Shown: one piece after another, positions 18,077-24,481 of the stretch
Layout of the letters: the number at the start of each line of letters is the position of its first letter
Position numbering within the stretch: the first letter of the stretch is position 1
DNA from: Okeania sp.
GTDB taxonomy: Bacteria; Cyanobacteriota; Cyanobacteriia; Cyanobacteriales; Microcoleaceae
NCBI RefSeq assembly: GCF_035285525.1
Contig: NZ_JAYKGW010000071.1
Span: forward strand, 1-32,000
Direction: 5' to 3'
DNA: 32,000 nt
Translations under genes and position numbers: made by a program
The notes under the pieces: generated by a model
Seen by the model: only the letters and a program-made list of their open reading frames with translations
Database searches by the model: none
What the model was told of the DNA's origin: nothing

Positions 18077-19435
18077 TTATCCATTATTAATCCACCCTTT
18101 CATTTTCCCAGGATTTAATAATCCATAAGGATCTACTTTTTGTTTAAATTCTAATTGTTCAATATCTGTAGTTTTCATGCCTCCATCTTCCAAAATATAG
18201 GTATGAGGATTAAAAATATTTACTCCATTTTTTTCGTGATCTTCAATAATTTCATTCAGTCGTTCTTCTGAAGAATAACGGACGATTTGTAATCCCACCG
18301 GTGTAGTTGTACCATTCATTCGGACAAATTCTAAGTGCATAATTACTTCATCACCAAAATACCGATACATTTTTTCTACAAGTGCTAAATTTCTATCAGT
18401 TGGAAAACCACTTTGTAAATAAGTTAAGTTTGTATCTACACTCCGAGCGTGTAAGGTTGTATGATTCCAAGTAAACTCATATATTGGTGTACTTTTACTT
18501 GCCTCTTGAGCAGTTTTTTCATAACAAATTTCACCATTAAATTCTTTAACTAAATCTTGAAAAGATGCCAAACTATATTCAGATATCATCAAAAAAGCAC
18601 AATGTTTTCCTTCAATAATTGAACTTTTTAAACCAACAAAAAAACTAGGTATCGGCCAAGCAAAAATTGTTATTAATTTTTTGACAATTCCATCACTATC
18701 TCCCAATGCTTGAGCAAATTTAGCACAGGTCATAAAATCATCAAAAGCTACTATTAATTCTGCCCAAGGATAAGTAGGAGCTAAAGGTATTTCTAATTGA
18801 GTAATAATCCCATTAGTTCCATAAGCATGATTAACTTTTTGTACCTCATCACCCCGCAATTCTAAAACTCTTGGTTCGTCTTCCATTGTCACAACTCGGA
18901 CAGCAGAAACATTACCACGATCTCTCAATCCACCATAATTAATTGAGCCTATTCCACTACTACCACCACCGATAAATCCGCCAATTGTTGCAGTGCGATA
19001 AGTTGAGGGAAACATTCTGATTTCCCAACCAATTTCTCTGGCTTTTTTATCTAAGTTTACTAATTTTACTCCTGGTTCCACGCAAGATAAACCAGGTTTA
19101 ATCCAGTTAATATTATTCATTTTTGTAGTGTCGAGAACTACTCCTCCTGCTAAAGGAATACATTGCCCATAATTACCAGTTCCCGCACCTCTAATTGTTA
19201 AAGGTGCTTGATATTTAACGCAGGTTTGAGCTATTTGTAAAACTTCTGCTTCGTTGCTGGGGCGAACAATTAAATTAGCTTTTTTATCTTTTAATTTAGA
19301 TTCTAAAATAGGGCTAAAATGATAATAGTCTAAAGAGAGTTTAATGACTTGATTTGGCTCGGTAATAATTTCGATATTTGTGAGTTCTGATGTTAGAGCA
19401 TCCCAATTTATTTCTTTGGTATTAGTTGTTGTCAT
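18077..19435 (-). CDS. FAD-binding oxidoreductase (FAD_binding_4 / GlcD-like)
   Basis: 452 aa. The N-terminal PCMH-type FAD-binding region reads IVRPSNEAEVLQIAQTCVKYQAPLTIRGAGTGNYGQCIPLAGGVVLDTTKMNNI. Confidence 0.8.
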   Translation of the reverse strand: MTTTNTKEINWDALTSELTNIEIITEPNQVIKLSLDYYHFSPILESKLKDKKANLIVRPSNEAEVLQIAQTCVKYQAPLTIRGAGTGNYGQCIPLAGGVVLDTTKMNNINWIKPGLSCVEPGVKLVNLDKKAREIGWEIRMFPSTYRTATIGGFIGGGSSGIGSINYGGLRDRGNVSAVRVVTMEDEPRVLELRGDEVQKVNHAYGTNGIITQLEIPLAPTYPWAELIVAFDDFMTCAKFAQALGDSDGIVKKLITIFAWPIPSFFVGLKSSIIEGKHCAFLMISEYSLASFQDLVKEFNGEICYEKTAQEASKSTPIYEFTWNHTTLHARSVDTNLTYLQSGFPTDRNLALVEKMYRYFGDEVIMHLEFVRMNGTTTPVGLQIVRYSSEERLNEIIEDHEKNGVNIFNPHTYILEDGGMKTTDIEQLEFKQKVDPYGLLNPGKMKGWINNG

Positions 19436-19509
19436 TGGTATTTTGAGTAAAAAGTTATTTTAACATTTTTTTATTCAATCAGATTCTATATGATAACCAA
19501 AAAACTTGC

Positions 19510-19537
19510 TAGGGACGTTGCATAAGGGCGTCCCTAC
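19510..19537. repeat. TAGGGACG...CGTCCCTAC hairpin repeat (inverted copy of 18000-18028)
   Basis: TAGGGACGTTGCATAAGGGCGTCCCTAC, read directly, lies 75 nt upstream of the FAD oxidoreductase start. Confidence 0.5.
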
Positions 19538-19580
19538 TGTGGCGAAATGAAAATCGCTGTAATATCCAAAAAGTAAAACA

Positions 19581-19614
19581 AAAAAAACAGGCAGATATAA
19601 CTACCTGTTTTTTT
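19581..19614. terminator. orphan bidirectional terminator-like hairpin
   Basis: AAAAAAACAGG-cagatataacta-CCTGTTTTTTT is an 11 bp stem flanked by an A-run and a T-run. No annotated gene ends here. Confidence 0.35.
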
Positions 19615-20083
19615 CATTTATTAAAGGCGATCGCTAATTAACTTCATATTGTTTTCTACCACCAGCAAAGTAACCCAAAAGTTCTGAACAATTGCTTGAT
19701 TTAACAATTATTCATAAATTAACCAGGACTTTAATCTACAACTTTCTTGAATAATCTTTTATATTAGCATAGTAATGGTAGAAAAAAAGAATAGCTGGAG
19801 CAGGAGCAAGATGCTGTCACTGCTATAATCCCTAACCAACAAAATTTATAAGCCAAATCAATTACATATAGAGTCTTGCTCAGTTACTCTACCGCTAACA
19901 CACCCTGCTGGACTGTTTCACCTAAAATAGTGCATTAGGGAGTAGTGGAGTAGGGGAGAAAAGATTTTTGTTCTTGTTTCGTACCTCAACCCAACCTACA
20001 TCTATTGCATCATTTAAGATGAAATAGTTCACTACCAATAGCGTTTATGCGTAAGTCTTACTCTTTTCTCTCTCAACTGGATC

Positions 20084-20184
20084 AGGACTTACCCACCCGC
20101 GACCAATAAAGGGGGTTTATTACTGCGATCTTGTTGTTCAAACCAGGAAATTTTTTTGATAAACCCCATTTCTGCGTAAGTCCT
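20084..20184. mobile_element. MITE-like element, AGGACTTAC / AAACCAGGAAA family
   Basis: The sequence AGGACTTACCCACCCGCGACC...GTTCAAACCAGGAAATTTT...CTGCGTAAGTCCT is the inverted orientation of the 29395/29481 copies. Confidence 0.6.
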
Positions 20185-20580
20185 TTTCATAATTGATTTT
20201 GTTTTTGATGATGGGAAATTTCTCAATACTAATTAGCGATCGCATGGCTTCCCTATAACTTAAAAAATACTAAATAAATTTAATTAATAGTTTTAGTCCC
20301 TAATTCTAGCATTCATTAAAAATAGGGCAATTCCTATCTATATCCCTCTTTTTTTACTCTATTCTGTTGGACATTAAAAAACCATTTATTCTTAAGAAAA
20401 AATAAAAAAAACAATTTGTACAAAACAAATTAATAATCAAGAAAGATTTTCAAGTCAATAATTTAATCAAAACTGGGGAACTAACAGAAACTTTAATTTA
20501 GCTAAGAGAAGTTCAAGTAGCGATCGCGTGGTGCAGTTACAGACAAACTAAGAGGTCTTGTAATTTTCTATCAAAACCAA

Positions 20581-21303
20581 ATGCCAACTAATCAAATCAA
20601 ACACCTTAACTTTTCTAGTGGGTACATAGACGCTAAGTATGTGGAGAATGTGGAAAATTATCATATTCAAAACCGTACTATTGTGGTCAACCCCGAAGAT
20701 TCAGAAGCTTTCCTAGATGAAACTAATCGCAGCATTATTCCAGCTTTTTCATCGACTATCCTCAGTGATACAGTCGTAAAAGAAGCAAAATCCTTAATTT
20801 TCCTGGAGGTTGTAGAAACCAAAAACATTGGTAAGATTATTTTTGAGAGTGGGTGGGATATATTAGGAAACTTAATTGACTTTCCTAAAGATGTACCCCT
20901 CTGGAAATCTCCTCAAGATGAAGCAGCCATCATAAAAGTCGATCCATATTTTATGGCAAGACAATCAACAACACCTAATCAGCAAGAAAAATTTGCTCTC
21001 AAGGTCAACCTCTGGTATGCTCCTTCCCATACTGATTGTGCAATCAATAATGAACATGACTTTTTAGAGATTCATACCCAAGTCTTTGGACAAGGACGAA
21101 TGCAAAAATTCAAAGCCGAAAATTTTGATACTCTCTATGAAGATTTGATTATGGCAGAGGGATATACTCAGATTGTTCCTTTCTGTCAAGTAAATGAAAA
21201 TCAGAAATATACTTATCCGTGGCATCAGTATTGCTCTGACACAGATTGCATCTGGATGGCAATAGAATATCACCCGAAAAAAAATTCTAACTACGGAGAA
21301 TAG
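20581..21303 (+). CDS. hypothetical protein, unknown family (possibly a metal-binding beta-barrel)
   Basis: 240-aa ORF that looks coding (balanced composition, no internal repeats). A His/Cys-rich C-terminal half includes SHTDCAINNEHDFLEIHTQ and PWHQYCSDTDC. ORF 21064..21273 is a shadow. Confidence 0.6.
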   Translation: MPTNQIKHLNFSSGYIDAKYVENVENYHIQNRTIVVNPEDSEAFLDETNRSIIPAFSSTILSDTVVKEAKSLIFLEVVETKNIGKIIFESGWDILGNLIDFPKDVPLWKSPQDEAAIIKVDPYFMARQSTTPNQQEKFALKVNLWYAPSHTDCAINNEHDFLEIHTQVFGQGRMQKFKAENFDTLYEDLIMAEGYTQIVPFCQVNENQKYTYPWHQYCSDTDCIWMAIEYHPKKNSNYGE

Positions 21304-21319
21304 CTAAATTATGTCTAGC

Positions 21320-21353
21320 GAAATTTATAAGTGCGATCGCGCTTATAAATTTC
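21320..21353 (+). terminator. long AT-rich palindrome centred on a HIP1 site, 17 nt after the stop of the 20581..21303 gene
   Basis: GAAATTTATAAG-tgcgatcgcg-CTTATAAATTTC has perfect 12 bp arms. No clear U-tract follows. Confidence 0.4.
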
Positions 21354-21365
21354 TCAAAGTAGAAG

Positions 21366-21823
21366 AATAGAGTTGTTGGGAAATAACTTAGGTTAGGGAA
21401 AATGAAAACTTAAACCTAGGAATTTTGGGAGCGTGACTTTGCTATTTATGCTACCATCAGGTACAAGTTCCATAACCCAGTTGCTGTTAACATTAATTTA
21501 TCATCAAAATCATTCTTGTGATTACAGTAAATCTGATTGACAGCACCATAACGTTTGACGCCCGCACAGGCGTTTTCGCATATCACCCTAGATTGACTTA
21601 ATTTTCGATTTTCGTGATGCTGCTGTTCAGTTAATTCTCGGCCTTTTGGTTTTTTATGGGGTACCTGAATAAAGGTTGAGAGCAAGGATTGAAATGCTTT
21701 ATGATTTAAGGAATGTTAATGCTATGAGTAACCTATCTTGTTTTAAAGCCCGTTTAATATTTAGCATTCAAGTTGGTCAATTTTTTCTTAACTTATTTTA
21801 CCTTATTTCCCAACAACTCTATT
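21366..21823 (-). mobile_element. internally deleted IS element (IS5-superfamily-like) with perfect 21 bp terminal inverted repeats
   Basis: AATAGAGTTGTTGGGAAATAA at 21366-21386 has its exact reverse complement at 21803-21823. Between them lie only the last 79 codons of a DDE transposase. Confidence 0.75.
21446..21685 (-). pseudogene. C-terminal fragment of a DDE transposase (IS5/DDE_Tnp_1-4 type)
   Basis: ...KKPKGRELTEQQHHENRKLSQSRVICENACAGVKRYGAVNQIY...LTATGLWNLY is the typical C-terminal block, carrying the catalytic E. The N-terminal ~75 percent is missing. Confidence 0.7.
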
Positions 21824-22128
21824 GTCTTTGATGGGATACCAGAGCAAGTCACCAGCGACAAATGCATTAGACATCTCCTCCAAATGAGGGAACAGGGAAA
21901 ACTAGATATGTGGGAACAGGAAGAAATAATTGATAATTTATGGATAAGAATTGATTTAATTTTTTATTTTTGGAGATGTCTATTAGGAACTTCAGCAAAT
22001 AAAATTTCCAGGTTTTCTTTTATAGTGACGATCCAGCAAAACTGTTTTGTATTATCTGCCATTGGTTGACCATCGCTATCTGGGTGAATAATTTCTGGTT
22101 TTGTATCAGTAGTTAATTCTTTTACCAT
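21824..22128 (-). pseudogene. Uma2-family (DUF820) endonuclease pseudogene, split by a MITE and truncated by the IS remnant
   Basis: ATG at 22128 gives MVKELTTDTKPEIIHPDSDGQPMADNTKQFCWIVTIKENLEILFAEVP. After the 111 bp insertion the frame resumes as NNAFVAGDLLWYPIKDN, then hits the IS terminal repeat at 21823. The + strand track ORF 21773..22069 is spurious. Confidence 0.75.
21870..21980. mobile_element. 111 bp MITE with TA target-site duplication (IS630/Tc1-mariner style)
   Basis: GACATCTCC...GGAGATGTC termini are flanked by TA at 21868-21869 and 21981-21982. Removing the element plus one TA restores the Uma2 frame. One end is repeated at 31006-31040. Confidence 0.7.
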
Positions 22129-22163
22129 ATTATATTATTTCTAATTCAAAATAATCAGTGGAC

Positions 22164-22243
22164 TGTAGGTTGGGTTGAGGCGCGAAACCCAACAACAAAT
22201 ATAGACATCTGTTGGATTCAAGATACGCTTAACCCAACCTACA
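22164..22243. mobile_element. MITE, TGTAGGTTGGGTT...AACCCAACCTACA family (copy 1)
   Basis: The inverted termini TGTAGGTTGGGTT and AACCCAACCTACA were read directly. Confidence 0.75.
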
Positions 22244-22248
22244 TTTGT

Positions 22249-22375
22249 CATCTAATTCACAATAATCAGGTAAAGTTGTATTAATAACTCTGCCATTTAT
22301 TAATACTACTCTATCATATTGAGACTGTAATCAAAGTTCGCTAAAATTCCTACCTTTAAATAGAATTAAATCCCT
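22249..22375 (-). pseudogene. ghost duplicate of the last ~42 codons of the amidohydrolase gene
   Basis: By-eye alignment with 22633-22760 shows only about a dozen mismatches. The stretch is bracketed by MITE copies. Confidence 0.7.
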
Positions 22376-22389
22376 AGGAATCTGAGAAT

Positions 22390-22508
22390 TGTAGGTTGGG
22401 TTTCGTACCTCAACCCAAAAACTATAAATATAACCATCTGTTGGGTTCGCTATCGCTTTTTCCTACCGAATGCTACACAAACATGTTCGTAGCAAAACCC
22501 AACCTACA
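22390..22508. mobile_element. MITE, TGTAGGTTGGGTT family (copy 2)
   Basis: Same termini as copies 1 and 3. The interior is nearly identical to copy 3 apart from a short insertion. Confidence 0.75.
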
Positions 22509-22529
22509 TCTTATCATCTAATTCATAAT

Positions 22530-22628
22530 TGTAGGTTGGGTTTCGTGCCTCAACCCAACAACCACAAATATAAGCATCTGTTGGCTTCGCTATCGCTTTT
22601 CATGTTGCGTAGCAAAACCCAACCTACA
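22530..22628. mobile_element. MITE, TGTAGGTTGGGTT family (copy 3), which supplies the last 12 codons and the stop of the amidohydrolase ORF
   Basis: The ORF ends ...DYCELDD-R-CRLGFATQHEKR-stop. The CRLGFATQHEKR part is a translation of the MITE. Confidence 0.75.
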
Positions 22629-23954
22629 TCTATCATCTAATTCACAATAATCAGGTAAAGTTGTATCAATAACTCGACCATTTCTTAATACTATTCTATC
22701 ATGTTGAGACCGTGATAAAAGTTCACTAAAATTCCTACCTTTAAACAGAATTAAATCGGCAGGTAATCCAACTCTAATTCTACCAATATTAGGCAAACCA
22801 ATTAAATCCCCAGGAGTTTTCGTCACAGCACCAGGCCAATCTCCATAAGGCATATCTAAATGAGCAATTCTCACTGACATATTAAACACTTCTAAAACAT
22901 CATGGTCGCCAAATCCAAAAAACGGGTCGCGACAATTATCACTAGCGATCGCTACAGAAATCCCCTGTTTTTTCAACTCATGTAATAAAGTCACACCCCG
23001 CCATCTTGGAGTATAATTATCTTGCCGATTTTGGAGATAAAGATTACACATTGGTAGACTGACAATACTAATACCAGATTCCTGAACTAATTTCAGAGTT
23101 TCTGTTACTTTGTCCGGAGTTTGTACAGCCAAACTACAACAATGTCCGCAGATAATTTTGCCAGTAAATTGATGATTAATTGCCTGCTCTGCAACCTTAT
23201 GTAAAACCCTAGAATTAGGGTCTCCATTTTCATCAATATGTAAGTCTAAATCTAATTGACGTTCTTTTGCCAAACTAAATAATTTATCTAACTGATTATC
23301 CACATCTGAACTCATAAAAGGAACAGCTCCTAATATGCCACCAATATCAGCTATTTTATCAGCTAATTTTTCTCCAGCTTGAGTCAGAAAATAATCTCCA
23401 GTCACCAAAGAAACAGGTTGTAATATTAATCTATCTTCCCACTCTTTTTGTAATGTTTGAAATACCTGCAAACTAATATTTTCCTGTTCTCCAAAACAGT
23501 CAATATGAGTTCTAATAGCTTTTGTTCCATGAGCATAACTACATTTGAGACCAAACTCCATTCGACGGTAAACATCTTCAGCATTCCAATATTTTTCCGC
23601 ATCCCTAGCGCCCGCATCCAAAGCGCCATTAAAACTACCATCTGGGTTAGGCGATCGCTCCCAAATATGTCCTTTATCTAGATGGGTGTGCATATCTACA
23701 AAACATGGCCACACCATTCCACCTTTGAGGTCAATAGTAGGAATATCTTCAGTTGTCAGAGAAGGCAAATCTGCTGAGGAATGGATAATTTGGGTGATGA
23801 TTCCCTGTTTAATTTCTATATTTATTAATGACAAACTTTCCTTAGTTTGACTTGGTATTTCGGAGTCAGTTTCTATCAGACAGACAGGTACATGAGCATT
23901 TTTTAACCAATAGTTAGAAGTATTAGAGATGACTGAAAATTGTTGATTATTCAT
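22590..23954 (-). CDS. cytosine deaminase-like amidohydrolase
   Basis: 454 aa. Aligns by eye with E. coli CodA: FVDMHTHLDKG (HxHLD), AIRTHIDC, DLHIDENGD and ASDNCRDPF. The ORFs at 23426..23641 and 23457..23681 are shadows. Confidence 0.75.
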   Translation of the reverse strand: MNNQQFSVISNTSNYWLKNAHVPVCLIETDSEIPSQTKESLSLINIEIKQGIITQIIHSSADLPSLTTEDIPTIDLKGGMVWPCFVDMHTHLDKGHIWERSPNPDGSFNGALDAGARDAEKYWNAEDVYRRMEFGLKCSYAHGTKAIRTHIDCFGEQENISLQVFQTLQKEWEDRLILQPVSLVTGDYFLTQAGEKLADKIADIGGILGAVPFMSSDVDNQLDKLFSLAKERQLDLDLHIDENGDPNSRVLHKVAEQAINHQFTGKIICGHCCSLAVQTPDKVTETLKLVQESGISIVSLPMCNLYLQNRQDNYTPRWRGVTLLHELKKQGISVAIASDNCRDPFFGFGDHDVLEVFNMSVRIAHLDMPYGDWPGAVTKTPGDLIGLPNIGRIRVGLPADLILFKGRNFSELLSRSQHDRIVLRNGRVIDTTLPDYCELDDRCRLGFATQHEKR

Positions 23955-23977
23955 AATTATAGATATATAGCCATAAG

Positions 23978-24464
23978 AGGGGGCAGGTTTATTAGACGAT
24001 AACTGACATCATTGGGGGCGGGTTTAGTTAACTTAATAGGTACTCGTTAACTAACTTATGAAACCCGCTCCTACAGTTGATGAAAAATAGTGTAGGGGCG
24101 GGTTTGACCAGAGATTTTTATGGTTCACCTCAAATTTATATAAACCCGCCCCATTAGACGATACCTGACATCATTGGGGGCGGGTTTAAGGGGCGGGTTT
24201 GACCAGAGATTTTCATGGTTCACCTCAAATTTATGTAAACCCGCCCCGTTATAGGTACTCGTTAACTTTCCTGATGATTTTTCGGGAACTGTAACCCGCT
24301 CCTACAGTTGATGAAAAATAGTGTAGGGGCGGGTTTGACCAGAGATTTTCATGGTTCACCTCAAATTTATATAAACCCGCCCCGTTAGACGATACCTGAC
24401 ATCATTGGGGGCGGGTTTAGTTGACTTAATAGGTACTCCTTAACTAACTTATGAAACCCGCCCC
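23978..24464. repeat. cluster of GGGGCGGGTTT...AAACCCGCCCC hairpin elements, in inverted orientation relative to 6101-6455
   Basis: Holds at least seven small elements. The sub-element GGGGCGGGTTTGACCAGAGATTTT.ATGGTTCACCTCAAATTTAT.TAAACCCGCCCC occurs three times, and it matches the reverse complement of the 6101-6158 element. Confidence 0.8.
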
Positions 24465-24481
24465 TACTAAAATTAAAAAAT

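Noticed and set aside
21773-22069. Track ORF 21773..22069 on the + strand.
   Set aside because: It spans the IS terminal repeat, a MITE and the antisense of the Uma2 fragment. The minus-strand Uma2 reading explains the sequence much better.
24262-24290. CTGATGA...GAA motif inside a GGGGCGGGTTT-cluster element, as a possible hammerhead ribozyme core.
   Set aside because: The inverted sibling copy at about 6359-6400 does not conserve the CTGATGA word. No flanking helices I-III could be drawn. It is most likely a chance match in a repeat.
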